A stretch of 43,668 nt of DNA, the filler included, from Jimgerdemannia flammicorona (taxonomy: Eukaryota), in the NCBI GenBank assembly GCA_003990765.1. It is 2 parts of 2 records of this genome, joined end to end, with 100 filler letters (N's around TTAATTAATTAA, not from the genome) between each part and the next. Parts side by side here need not be neighbours in the genome. Positions count along the whole stretch, not along the records: positions 1 to 21,788 come from RBNJ01001394.1; positions 21,889 to 43,668 come from RBNJ01001395.1. One strand, given 5' to 3'. Shown one piece after another: positions 11,885 to 24,800 of the stretch. A model generated the notes under the pieces. It was not told the origin of the DNA. It saw only the letters and a program-made list of their open reading frames with translations, and made no database searches. A program made the position numbers and the translations under genes. Numbering within the stretch: position 1 is the first letter of the stretch; each line of letters opens with the position of its first letter.

Positions 11885-13911
11885 ATCTCATCCTCTATAA
11901 ATCTGCATTCAACTCCTCCTTTGTCAAGTTCAAGTCATATTCTGTAGCCAGTCCCTTTTCTTCAGCCTTCTGTACCTTCAACCCTACCAGAAGTTCAGCC
12001 ATTGCCCCATCCTCTTTCTCCTTGAAGTCCTCATGATATTCCAGGCATACCTCCTGCCAGAGTTATAACCCATGATGCTCTGCCCAATAGTAGGCAGCTC
12101 ACTTATTAGCAATGACTGCCAGCTCAGCCTCCCTTGCCTTATCAACCTCATATCTCTCCTCCTCCAGGAAAATCACAAGTATCTCTGCCTTCAGTGCTTC
12201 CACCACTCCATCTCTATATAGAATCCATGCCCAGTGCTCCTCAGGCATCACACACAGATCCACTTCCCCCAACTCCTCAGCTGTGAAGTTATCCATCATC
12301 TTGCTCATCTACAGCAGGTTCCCCACCTCCTTTCCTCCCAGCATCCCTGGCCTTCCAGCATTGAGCATCATGGTATGTATCTGCCCCTATACTAGTAGTC
12401 TCATCCCACCTCTCCTCTGGAATATCCACCAGCTCATCCTTATCAACTGCCACGATCTGTCCACCTTTTAACATGTCAGGAACCCCAAAGTATACCCTCT
12501 GAGCACCCCTCATCAGCTCATCCTCTGCTACCTGACCCCTTGTAGCTGGACCCTACCAGACCAGGGGGGAGTGTTGTCTAATACCAGTTCCCAGGCTTCG
12601 AATGTACCATCAGCATATAGGTCCTTGTATTGTACCTTCCCAGCTCCCTCCAGGCCCTCCACTATATCTCCTCTGCCCAGACACTTACCTCCACCCCTGC
12701 AGACTTTTCGGCATCTCTAGCCTTTACCTTCACCCCTCTCTCTATGCTCACCAGTAGCTCCCTCTGTCCCCTACACTCTTGAGCCCTCTTCCACTGCCCC
12801 TTATCAGTGTGAATATATTTCCCATCGATAATCTCCAGATGTATTGACTCTATATACAACTTCCAGGCCTTCACCCTCTTCTTGACAGTACTACTCAACT
12901 CCTCCAGAGTCTCTAACAAGTCCTCCTCCTCATCTTCACTCTCTTTCACCCTTGATACCCTACAGACAAGGCCCCCCACATCATCACCAAAGGTCAGTCA
13001 CTTGTCTTCCCCATAGCCTCCCTCTCAGCCAGTCTAATCCAGATATCCATATCCCCCATCCTGAAGGTAGTTCCCTCCCACATCTGGAAACTGATATCTA
13101 CCACATTACTATACTCTACCATCACCTCCTCCACTCTCCTCTTAGTCTCCTTCTTTGTCACCATAGGCACCCCCTTTACCAGTAACTACATCACCCTGGG
13201 GTCCCATCTCAAGCACCACACCATTGGGACCACTATCTTCCCTACTGCCACTCCAGACTTCAAAGTCTCTTCCAGTGGGCCCATATCCTCAAAGCCCACC
13301 TCAACTCCCTCCAGACTCTTCAGGAACTTCACTGAGGCAGCTCCAGCCACCTGCTTTGAGATAATCCCCAGAATCATCCTTGCTATTACTACCAAGTTCC
13401 AGAAGCACAAGGTAGCTACAAACTCTGAGATCAACTTCCTGAGCAATGGTGCCACCACCAGCACCATCACACTATCCACCAGATCTCCCTTCAGCTTTGG
13501 AAACCCCTGCCCCCTCTGGCCATCAGCCATCACATCTCTTTTTTTTTCCTAATTCTCTGTCACACTCCTATCAACAGTCACACTCCCAGTCACAGCATCT
13601 CTAGCACTTATACTCACATCTCTCACCTGAGTACTACTCCCCCTCTCAATGCTTGCCTTATCCTTCCCCTCAGCAGTACCAGCTCTAGTTCCAGCCAGCC
13701 ATCTACTTACCTTCACCTTGTCTGCAAAGCTAGAGGGGCCAGGCTTTTCCCCATTTTCACCTGACACCAGTCCTCCTCCAGAGCCCTCTCCACCCTTCAA
13801 CCCTCTAAAGGCCCCCATCTCTAGGCCATAACCTCTCCCTATATGCTGCCAGCTAAACACCCCAGGTCCACCTGACCCAGTATATCCATCAGAACTCTTG
13901 CTTAATGATAT
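11885..13911 (-). pseudogene. LINE ORF1 (RRM-like)
   Basis: EFVATLCFWNL..SVKFLKSLEGVEVGFE..LLVKGVP is colinear with 37920-39968. The start codon has decayed to ATA. Confidence 0.85.
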
Positions 13912-14359
13912 TTTTATAGTACCTTTTCTCTGAGTTATATTGAAAACTGTTGCTTGAAGTTGGTGTAATGTGAATTATACAGAAGAAAGGTGAAGTTTAT
14001 TTTTGATGTCAAAACTCTTATATTATTAGCTAATTATACCCCAACTTATATATTTCTCAAATATTTAAATGATGATAGTCAGTTTTTCTATATCTATTTT
14101 CAAAACATCAATGATCTTGAGAGGTATACAGAACTAGTTATAGATAAAACCCCATTTAGTAAATCTAGTAAATCTTATACATAGGCTATTTAGCTTTATA
14201 ATAATATTGATATAGTTGTTTATATATATTGCAGTATAATCTATGAGTTCAATTTATCTATATATCATAGATTTCTTTATCAAGGAGTCTCCACCACTCT
14301 GTTAATAATTTTTAAAGACTATTGAGGTGCATAACAAGAAAGGCCTATGTCCAAGATAG

Positions 14360-15689
14360 TGTAATGTGCCAGCTCAATGGAGGCAAATTACAAGGTTGGG
14401 GGTTGATGTAGTTTGGCTTGAGCCCCCAGTTACTTTGTCAAAAAGCAACAAAATGTTCTAAGATTCCTGAGGTCCTTGGTGTTTAGTGATATAATAGTCA
14501 AAGCTGGATATCTGCAAGCAATTTGTGTATTGATTTCCTAATTGAGATGGTTCTTCTGGATGTAGCGGTGATTTGTGAATGGGTTTCCTTCTTGAGTAGC
14601 AGTTGATTTCTTTGTGTAGCGCAACAATCTCCTTATATATAATAGTCTGGCAATTTAGTAGTTCTCCTTATGCGATTTCTGTGTGATGATCTTGTGTAGC
14701 ATGAGGGGATTCCTCATTCGGGTCAACTGGGAATGGCAGAATTTGTATGTAGCACAAGCGGTTTCCAAAAGTATGTGATTTCTGGCAAATGGCTTGATTT
14801 GGCATGGCTTCTCTGAAATAGCAGCTTACTGGGAATTATACTAGTGGCAGATTCTTCTTAGGTTCACTAGGAATATATGGCATGGTTTCTTCTGTACCGG
14901 GCCCACTGAGAATGACAAATAACTTAGATGTCGCAGATTCAGCTTCAACTGGGAATACTACTCAAATGGCACAGGTTCTTCTAGAAATGCAAATAACTTG
15001 AAAATGGCAGATGATGCAGATTCTTCCTGAATTGGTAGACTTCTTAAAAACAGTAGCTTAACTGGGAATTAACTCAGATTCTTAGCAAGTTACATCAAGA
15101 CTGGCTTCATTTGCATGAACAGGTCACTGCAAAGTTGTGTTGATAGACTGGCTTGTGGCAAGAATAAGACTCTCTAGGAATGTGGTAAATGACTTAGAAA
15201 TGGTGGCAAAGTTCTTCCTTGAACTTGGCAGCAAACTTGGATTCTTCAGACTTATCTGGCAAGCGAACCAAAAATGTACCAAACTCTTCTTTGTATCAGA
15301 AAGTGGACTGGAGTGGAGAAATAAGCTCACAATCTCCTAACAGTAGCTGTAGAGTTCCTCTCAAAGTATGGTAGGCAGACTTGTCTTTTGCTTCAATTTC
15401 GGACTGAGGTTTATTCACTCTTGTCTCTGGGGTAATTTACACAGGTTGGTTGCTATCTGGTTGCTATGTGGCTAACTATAGATCTGCTACTTATGGAAGG
15501 TGTACAGAGTCTGTATGGTGTACAGAGTCTGTACAGGTAAACAGACCCTTTCTGGTATATCTGGTTATTTATACAGTTTTCCACAGCAATGGTTGCTAGT
15601 TACTATGCTGTATGTTTATATCATCTTGGCTAATTGTTCATGTCATCTGGTTAAGGTATAATTTGGGTGGTATGTTTTGGTTTGTCACA
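14360..15689 (-). repeat. 3' LTR of gypsy 1 (~1.33 kb; left edge approximate)
   Basis: TGTAA...TCACA termini. On the minus strand it is preceded by a TAGTCTG-GGA-CAGACTA hairpin and a GGGGGCTAA PPT-like tract. TATA near 15563-15575. Confidence 0.7.
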
Positions 15690-15728
15690 TTAGCCCCCAC
15701 TAAAGGGTAGTCTGTCCCAGACTATTCT

Positions 15729-16244
15729 TCAGTCATCATCTCAATAAGTATAGGCTGCTTCTGTATCTATATCTGTTCCATCATCTTCATTGTCTGTACT
15801 AGGGTCACTCCATTCTATGGGCTTTTCTTCTTCTTCAGAGAATAGGATTTCGATAGAGTTGATGATACTCAAATAAGTAATAGGATTCATTCCTTGAATG
15901 TTATTCAAGGAGAATTGTGCCTATGTCAGGGCTGTGACATTTTATTTGTAAAGGATGTATAGTCTGTCTGCAGCAGTAGTGTCTCTTCTGGTCAGACTTG
16001 TGGTATTCCTGATATAGGTCTGCTCTGGGGCTGGGAGGTTCTGCAATTGTTCACCAATTGCATAATAGGCCTACAGTTGGTGGACTTGTAGTAGGTATCT
16101 GACCAGGGTGAGATTTTCTTAATGAGCTTGGATCCTCTGAAGGGGGCTTCCATTAAATTGGCCGAATTGGGGTAGAGGGACTGGTAGAGCTTGGAAGGAG
16201 CTGAGGACCAATGTCTGGAGGTACTGATCGATCCTTTGGCTCAT
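15729..16244 (-). pseudogene. Extra ORF3 of gypsy 1 (~171 aa, unknown function)
   Basis: ATG overlaps the pol stop (ATGA). A single frame MSQRIDQYL..AYYAIGEQL..AADRLYILYK..acidic tail is broken only by stops explainable as C->T. Confidence 0.7.
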
Positions 16245-17300
16245 GGTGTAGAGGGGAGATATAGTTTGAGGTGATTGATATGTACTGGTATTCTCAGAGT
16301 TTGTCCATCCAGGCTTCTTAAATAGATGCTGGTTCCTTTGATATTGTGTACAAGATAAGGCTCTTCCCATTTGGGTTCTAGTTTGGTGGCAAAATTCATT
16401 TTAATCATACTTCTCCAAACTAGTACTTGATCTCCAATCTTGATCTCCTGATCCTTCTGTTTTTGGTTATAATACTTCTTTTGTCTTTCTTGGGCTTTGA
16501 TGATCTGTTCTTAGGCTTGATTACATAACTGTTCTGCCTTCTTGAGGAGGTTTCTAAGATTCTCATAGTCAGCAGTTCTGGTTCTCTTGGCAAACATCAT
16601 TTTGAATGGCTTTTATTTAGTAGAGGTAGCAGGGGTATTCTGAATTTCCCATAGGATCTCAGGTAAGCAGAGGTCCCAATTAGTAGGATTGACTTGAACA
16701 AGTTCTTTCTTGATGGTCTGGTTCATTCTCTCTGTCATGCCATTGATCTGGGGGTAGTATGATGTGGTCCTTTTGAGGTAGATCTTGTGAATTCGGGTAT
16801 AACTTGTGATTATGTTATTGATGAATTCTATGCCTCGGTCAGAGATGAGTTCTTCTGGGAGTCCATATCTGAGTGTGAATCCATGGAGGAGGCCTACAAT
16901 GGTTAAGGCATCTGCGATTTCCATTGGAAAAGCCTCAGGCCACTTGGTCAGATGTTCCACAAATACAAGGATATATTTGTTTCTTCTTGGTATAACTGGT
17001 AAAGGTCCAATTACATCTACTCCCCATCTCTGAAAGATGTGAGTGGGTGGGGGAATTGGTTGCAAAGGGGCTTGATAGTTCTTTTTTTCTTAGTACTTCT
17101 GGTAAGTGTCACATTTCTGAATGATGTCTCAGACTTGAGTTCTGAGGTGAGATCAGTATTGATACAGTTTTCGAATCTTATCTTCTGTACTTGTCTGTCC
17201 TTGATGGGCTTTCTGATGTTCTTTACAGATGAGATCTTCTTGTGCCTCGATGGTCTGAGGAGCTTCCTTTAGGGTATAGTTCCTTGGGACACCCTTCTTC
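16241..17300 (-). pseudogene. pol: Integrase of gypsy 1
   Basis: H-x3-H..C zinc finger remnant; FQRWGVDVIGPLP, LISDRG, YYPQINGMTERMN; GPY/F-type KLEPKWEEPY. Confidence 0.95.
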
Positions 17301-17329
17301 TAGTTTATTGGGGCTGGCAGGAAAGTATA

Positions 17330-18720
17330 TCAACATTGTTGTGAGCTTTCCCTGCTTTGTGGATAATGGTGATTTTGTAATCCTGAAGGATAAGGATCTA
17401 GCGGGCTAGGATTCTGGTGGGTTCCTTGTAGTTGAATAACCATTTGAGGGCTGCATGGTCTGTGATCAGAGTAAACCTTTTTCTGATGAGGTAATGCTTG
17501 AACAGGGTGACTGCCTATATGACTGCAAGGCATTCCAGTTTGGTGTTACCATAGTTCATCTGCTGTTGATTGGTAGCTCTGCTTGCATAAGCTATCACAT
17601 AGTGCTGTTGATCAGGTCCTTCTTGGGCTAGAACTGCTCCAAGGCCATCTTTAGAGGCATCTGTATACAAGATGAATGGCTTCTATAGATTGGGATGCAC
17701 AAGGATTGATACTGTAGTCATGCGGTTTTTGAGTTCTTTGAAGGCTTTTCCTTGTGATTCTGTCCATTTGAATAGCACTTCTTTCTTGAGAAGGATCCGG
17801 ATTGGAGCAGCAATTTGAGCAAAGTATTTGATAAATCTTCTGTAGTAGGATACTAGCATCAGGAATGATAATGTTTCTTTTGGAGTCTTGGGTACTGGCC
17901 AATTGTTGATCTTCTCAGTTTTCTTTGGATCTGCATGGGTTCCTTCTTTTGAGACTATGAATCCAAGGAATTCAAGTTTCTGTTTCCCAAAGTAGCATTT
18001 CTTTGCATTCAGCCTTAAGTGGTTTTTGCGGGTGAGCTTGAAGAATTCCTCTAGGTGGTGCAGGTGTTCTTCGAAATTTGCTGAATAGATGTTGGAATCA
18101 TCCATGTATACAATCAGGCAGTAGTGTATCAGGGGGGCATAGACCGAATTCATCATCCTCTGGAAAGTGGGGGGTGTATTGCAAAGTCCAAAGGACATTC
18201 AGAGGTATTCGAACAGTTTTCCTAGAGCAAGGAAGGCTGTCTTTTGAATGTCTTTTAGGTCCATGGGGATCTCATGGAATCCTGCGAAGAGGTTCATACT
18301 GCTGAAGTATCTGGCATCTTGTAACTGATCCAAAAGATCATCAATTCTAGGCAGAGGATAGGCATCCTTTTCAGTAACTGAATTGAGTTTCCTGTAATCC
18401 ACACAGAGTCTCCATCCTCCTTTCTTTGGTACAATAAGTATAGGACTAGCCCAGTGGCTGGTAGAGGGTCGGATGACTCCATTGTCTAAGAGTTCTTGGA
18501 TGTGTTCTTTCTCAAATGTTTTTAGATGATGAGGTATTCTATAGGGTTTCTGCTGGATGGGTGTTGCATTTCCTGTATTTATGCTGTGGTGGTATGATGG
18601 ATTGTATGGCAGGTTGCCATAATCAGTAGTGAAGATATCTTGATACTTGTTGAGAAGTTCTACTAGTTGTTGCTGTTGTTGGGGTGTCAATTCTTCTCCA
18701 ATATTGGTGGAAGGCTTCAC
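17330..18720 (-). pseudogene. pol: Reverse transcriptase and RNase H of gypsy 1
   Basis: WASPILIVPKK, RLCVDYRKLN, YPLPRID, MSFGLCNTP, YMDD, FLGF; LYTDAS, KLECLAV, ITDH. Confidence 0.96.
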
Positions 18721-19127
18721 TGTGTCCTGGGTCGCAGAGGGGCCTTTCCTTTCTTCTGGGACCTTTTGCCATTTCCTGATAGGTTTAGTTCATAAACTTC
18801 CCTATGAGTTCAGTTGAGAAAAGACACCAGATGTCCTATGATGGTTCCTTTCGGCAAGATGATAGTCTCCCAACTTTGGTTGATTGTTCAGAAGTGTACT
18901 GGATTCATCTTGTCAGGGAATGTGTGTCCCTCTATGTCCAGGTGTGGGATATCTTCCTTGGGTTCAAAGAAAAGGTTTCTGGGGTCGGGTGGTGCAAAGA
19001 TTTCGAAGGTAGTTTGTTCTCTAGGCTCCAGGATGAGATTCTTGTATAGTCTGACTGGTTGCTGGTATACTTGCTGGGGAACATTCCTCTTGAGGTGGTT
19101 AACTTGAAGGAGATGTACCTCCTTCCT

Positions 19128-19537
19128 GTCTGAACTTCCAAATCCCTTAGCTTGTCTTGTTCCTTTAGTTAGTTCGGAGACTTCCTGTAACTGTGGGGTC
19201 TTGGCCTTCATGAAGACTGCTTGGGCAATCTTCTGTCCTCTAATGATTCAGTGTCATTCTGTACTGCTGTTGTATAGGATAACCTTGATTTCGCCTGTAT
19301 ATCCAGGGTCAATGGTTCCTCCTTCTACAGTTATCTCTTGTCTGGCAAGTCTGGACCTTGAGGTCAGTTGAATAAAAGCTCCTTGGGGTGGCTGCATGGC
19401 TAATCCAGTTCTGATCATGAAGGTTTTTCCAGGCTTGATAGATTCATCCTCCAGGCTGTGAAGATCATATCCTACATCCTCTGGGTGGGCTTTAGTCAGG
19501 GGTTTGGCCTTGGAGTGCAGCAGGATATACTGGGCAA
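19128..19537 (-). pseudogene. dut: dUTPase domain of gypsy 1 (between PR and RT)
   Basis: All five trimeric dUTPase motifs: VGYDL, SRSRL, GTIDPGYTGEI, KIAQAV, RQAKGFGSS. Confidence 0.93.
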
Positions 19538-20849
19538 TATCCTTGCTGAGTTTGGGCTTTCCTAAGGCTGAAGCTCTACTAGTGGAAAGCCTTCAAGCTC
19601 TAAGATTGAGGTGTGGCCATCTGGCTCCTGTAGAGGGGTCTCAGAGATAGTTAATTCCCCTCCTTCCTGTAGGATCAAGGGCTTCCATGAAGTTGATGGC
19701 ATCTTCTGCCCATCCTTGGCGGGTTGCATGTCTAATGAGAGCTAAGATGTCTTCTCCCAAATCATAGATCTTGAGGATTCTTTTTCTGGGCTTCTTGGTC
19801 TGACTTTTTCAAATCTGGCTTTTTGGATCTGGCTTCAGCTATCTCCTTTCTTCAAAGTGTGCACTGCAACATCATGACTGAGATGAATCTTCTGATGTCT
19901 GCAGTCTTGGCAGTCAGGGTGTCTTCCATGGTTGCAATATCCTATTGTCTAAAAATGATGTTCCTGGCTATTTATCTTTTGTTGTCTTGGGAATTGGTAT
20001 CCATCTTGATTATAGGTTGGGGGAAGAGTAGACAAGGGATATATTTCTGTTCAGGTGAAGAAGCCTTGTCCCCTAAATCAACTTTGTAACCTTGTGGTGA
20101 CTTCTTGAAAGGTGGTGGACTGTGCAAGAGTAGTTGGGGGTTCTGGTCTCTGGGGTCTCTGTCTTTCTTGTTGGTCCAACAGATGACACTGATAGCAGTA
20201 GTCTCAGGGAGAGTGGAAGACCATTTGGTGTAGACATCTTCCTAGTTGAAAAGCCTTTTCTTGGTGAGTTTCTTTCTTGGGGATAATGGTGATTATACTG
20301 GGTCCTTCTTCTGTATTCCAAGGGTCATTGTCTTTAGGTGGTGTTTAGTGAGGGTCATCCCAGGGAATGAGTTCAGGGACCTCTTCTTCATCAGGTGCTT
20401 CTTGTTCAGGAACTTCTTGATCAGAAGTTTCTTCTTCCTCAGATGATTCTTGACCCCAAATTGCTTATACTTCTGCAGCTTCAGTTGCAGGTATTTCTGG
20501 AATATATCTGCATTTCTTCTTCTTTCTTCTACACTCTGAGCAGGCTGTACCAGGTGATTTCCTTGTTCCCATGATCTTGGAGGAGTGCTCAGGACACTTG
20601 TGTCTCTTGAGGCATATAGGGCATTCTTTGGCTTCTCCTGCAATAGCTCCAATAGTGATAGGGATGGTGTTCTTGGCCCACACATTATCTTCTGGTCTGT
20701 CATCCACCAGATTGATTCAGAGATTGAGTCTGGGATCATTTCCATCTTTGGATTCTTCTTCCTCTTCTGTAGTAGACTCCTCGCTGCTGGCATATTCTTC
20801 CTGAATAGTGACCTTCTTCTTCTTCTTTGATTGCTTATAGCTGGTCACC

Positions 20850-21788
20850 TTAACTCTATACTTCTTGCCTCAGTAATCAAACTTGAGTACTTGTTGGCTG
20901 ATATCAATAACTGCATTCATTTCCTTCATCCAGTTGGTACCAAGAATCATGTCATAGGTGACAGCTTCAGTGACAACAGCTTTGGGGATAGAGAACTGAA
21001 TGTGTCCAAGAGAGATGGTGATATTTTATACTTCTCCAAGGGGTTGGGTTCAGGCTCCATCTGCTACTATGATGCTGAGGTTGGATGGTCCATCAATGGG
21101 CCATTGGAGGGTGTCCAAGAATCATTTGGCAATGACACAGACAGCTGCTCCTATGTCTATGAGGATTTTCGCTTTTTGTCCTCCAATATCTCTATATAAG
21201 TAGGTACTGACATGTCTTTTGGCTGCTTGGACAGGGATGGAAGCTGGTTCTTGCTGTGGGAATGGAACTTGACCAGTGCTAGACCTGGTGGTTCTCAGTA
21301 ATTTGTTTCAGACTCCAGCTGGTATCAGTTGCAAGAACTGCAGAAGAGGGACTTCCATCTTGGCTTCTTGAATCTTCTGCCAGGCTTCATTGTAAATGTC
21401 TCTAGGCATGATCTTTGGAGTATACTTCTTCTTAGGCTTTGGAGCAGCAGGTCTCTGTTCTTCTTGTTCCATTTCTTCATCTTCTGGTGGCAACTCATTT
21501 GTCTTGGGGACAAAAGGTGAGGGGGTTCAGGGAGGTGTTTCTACTTGTTCCTCCTTGTGGTCTCCATCCTCTTCTTGGATAATTCTTCTGCTGATGTTCC
21601 TGGATGGTCTTCCTATAGATCTCTTTCTTTTCTCTGCTGGATAGACTGTTTTCCAGATTGTAACCTTAGTGGGGTACAAGTCTAGGTCACTGTAGTCTTC
21701 ACTGTTGCTTGCTTCTTCGAAATCTTCAACAGGATGGGCTTCAGTCTTCTTGTACTGAGTGTCATTCCTTCAGTTTGGTGGTTCTGAG
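20850..21788 (-). pseudogene. Gag C-terminus/linker and aspartic protease of gypsy 1
   Basis: GQKAKILIDIGAAVCVIAK (decayed DTGA), YDMILGTNW; upstream AKMEVPLLQFLQL. Confidence 0.85.
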
Positions 21789-21888
21789 NNNNNNNNNNNN
21801 NNNNNNNNNNNNNNNNNNNNNNNNNNNNNNNNTTAATTAATTAANNNNNNNNNNNNNNNNNNNNNNNNNNNNNNNNNNNNNNNNNNNN
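21789..21888. other. 100-bp assembly gap containing a TTAATTAATTAA linker
   Basis: 44 N + 12 nt + 44 N. Confidence 0.97.
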
Positions 21889-24800
21889 CCCCCTACTCCT
21901 ACTCGATGAAAGGCCACTTTGTCTAATACTATCTCTACCCTCCCACCACTCTGTTCACAGATCCTTGCCACCAAACTGTGATATTGCCCCCCCTGAGGAC
22001 CCCAACCCACCCACCATCCAGTTAGCAGATCCCCCAACAACTCCTCCCACCTTAATATCTTCTCCTATAGCCCCATCTACCACTCCTCCTCAAATACAAA
22101 AAGCCAATATCCAGCCAGTCTCACCCACACTGCTAACACCCACCCTACAGTGAGCCAACTATCACCTATACCACTCACTAGCCAAGATCTCAAGTCCTCC
22201 CAGTGGCCTCCCTCACCTGCCAGCCTTCACTCCACACTCAGTCTATTCCCTATTTCTACCCAAAAGTCCCCCAAAATCTCACACTCTCTCAGCCAATGTT
22301 CTGGTGTCTACACAAGTCCACTAGCTTGCCCTATATTGTAACACTCCTCACAATCAAAATAGCCACCATCTACCAAATGCTCAGTGTGGAAATTCAACAT
22401 GGCATTTCTCTACAGTATTTGCCACCATACTATCCAGAACTTGGGAGGGAGCCACCTCTGCACCTCAGCACTCCAAGACCAGATACCCATCCAGTCCCAC
22501 TTCTTGCTGATCCCTGCCACCTGCCAGCCCCTTGGCCAAAGATCCTGGCTGAGACCTTGTTGACACTCCACACCATTTCCAATATCAAACTCAGCAAGTG
22601 AAGTACCCCCCAGGAGCAGTCTATCCCACTGCCATATATCTGAACCCCACATCACCTCCCCCTCATTGCCTTTCCAGCACAGGCCAATTCAGTGTACTCC
22701 ATCTACCACTCTCCACCAAAAGCCCTTAAACTGCAGCTGCCTATTTCTATTCAGTCTCACCAAAGAGAGCAGATCTCCTGAGGACCCTCAAGGGGAGGTT
22801 CTCATCTCCCACACCTTCTGCAGCAGTGGCACCCAACCCCCTCCCTGCAGTTCAGCAGCTCTCTTCAACCACCAGACTCTCAAGTAGTACAACCTCTTAG
22901 GGAAATCCATAAGGCCAAGACCTCCCCTGACCACTGGTATTGCAAGAGTATCCCAACTGATCTGGGATCTCCTCCCTGCCCAAATCCAATCTCTAGCCAC
23001 CTTCATCAGCCTCTTCACCACCCAAGCTGGGAAGTCTAGGTGATAGGCCACATACCATAACTTGGGGAACCAGTAGTGATACCCACCCTACCAGAGAGAT
23101 ATGGCAGCCTCCCCAACCTTGAAGGGCCTCCATCCAAATGATCACCCTGCTCTCCCACCACACTTATAGCAAGACAGAACCATATACAGAAAGGAAGATG
23201 CCCAGATACCACACCACCTCACCAGTAGGGACAATTGTTCCAATGATGTCTCCACTCACTAGCCCATTCCCTAGCACCATTGTCTCACACTTATGCCAGT
23301 TGAGCTTTACCCCAGAGTGAGCCTCATACTATTCCACTATCCCCTTAAGTATCTCAACATCTGCCACAGACCCAAGTCCAACCACTATGTCATCAGCAAA
23401 GGCCCCCACCTTCTACACTATACCATATATAGATAGCCCTGCCACTCTCTGGCAAATTCTATCCATCAAAGGCTCCAATGAAAGAGCATAGAGAATAGGA
23501 GACAGAGGGTCCCCCTGAGGAACTTCTCTTCCCAAAGAGAAAGCCAGATCTTGGTGATCATTACACATCAGTGCCACCTGACTGCTCTCCAGCAGATTCA
23601 ACATAGAAGTCTGAAATCTTGGAGGAATACTAATTCGATCCAATACCTTACCCAGTCATACCCACTGTACATAGTCATAGGCCTTCTCTTGGTCCAAAAA
23701 GACCAACCTTCCATCCAGTCCACAAGCCCGAGCCCCTTCAATAACACCATGCACCCATGTAGTCTCATCCCTAATAAGTCTGCCCCCAACAAAGCTCCAC
23801 TGCTCCTCCCCCAGCACCTGTTGGGCAACTTTCTGCAGCCTTGCAATAATCACCTTAGTCACTATCTTCCTGTCCATATCCAGAAGTATGATTAGTCTCC
23901 AATTCTTCTAGTCTTCCCTCCTCCCCTTGTCTTTGTACAATAAGGCCACCAGCCCAAGGTTCTGCTCTCCAACCCACTCACCACTCTGAAGAACATGGTC
24001 ACAGAGAGCAGCCATCTCACCTAAAACTTCAGGGACCTTTACCATCTTCTTCCAGAAGTCCCACAGTAACCCATCCTCCCCTGGCACTATTCTAAGCTTA
24101 GTTGCTGCAAAGACACTCTGGATCTCCTCTCCTTGCACCAGTAAGATCAAGTCACCCAGTCCAGCTACTTATAGCAGCCCCCACTCCTCTAGTGTATCTT
24201 CAATCACCTTCTCATCAGTACTCTCTTCCCCCTCACTCTACAAACCCTGTCATCTCTCCTTCAAAACCCCTAAGATTTGTTATATGCCATGCACCATATC
24301 CCCCTTAGTATCTAAGACCCCATCCCACCAATATCACACCCACCTAGCTTTGAGGAGTCTTGACAAGTACCTAGTAGGCCACTCACCCTCCTCAAGCCTC
24401 TGTCACCATAGTCTGGCAGCCATTCCTCACATATGAGTCTCCTTCTCCTCTCTCAACACCTATTGCAGTTTTACTATCTCCAATTTCACCTGCTCTATCC
24501 TCCAATCCTCCACCCCAACTGCAGTAAGCAGATCTGCCCAATCCATTTGCAGTTTCCTTAGTCTGCTGGAAGCATACCTCATGCACTTCCTCCTCTGTCT
24601 CCCAGCTGCTCTACTAGCTCCTCTCCAATAGACCCTCACAGCCTCTTTCAATCTCATCCAATGGACACCCATAGACAAACCCTCATGCCTCCAGATAAAA
24701 ACCTTCACCTGAATGTCCTCCACCCAAGAGTCCCACAACCCCTTCTCAGCCAGCAGGGAGGAGTTAAGGTGCTAATATCTGGATCCATCTCCACTCCCCC

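Larger units (their letters stand above)
8119..13979 (-). mobile_element. LINE copy 4: full-length (~5.86 kb) decayed L1/Tx1-like element
   Basis: Poly(T) at 8119-8146. 5' end ATAATTCACATTACAC is shared with 37853. ORF1 and ORF2 are both present. No TSD recognised. Confidence 0.93.
14360..21788 (-). mobile_element. Ty3/gypsy LTR retrotransposon 1 (5' part lost in the assembly gap)
   Basis: Domain order PR-RT-RH-IN on the minus strand, then PPT and 3' LTR. Confidence 0.95.

Noticed and set aside
15729..16244. env gene
   Set aside because: No signal peptide, furin site or transmembrane helix; kept as an unknown ORF3.
21833..21844. TTAATTAATTAA palindrome
   Set aside because: It is centred in a 100-bp N gap and is an artificial six-frame-stop linker. 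Adjacency across the gap is also unreliable.
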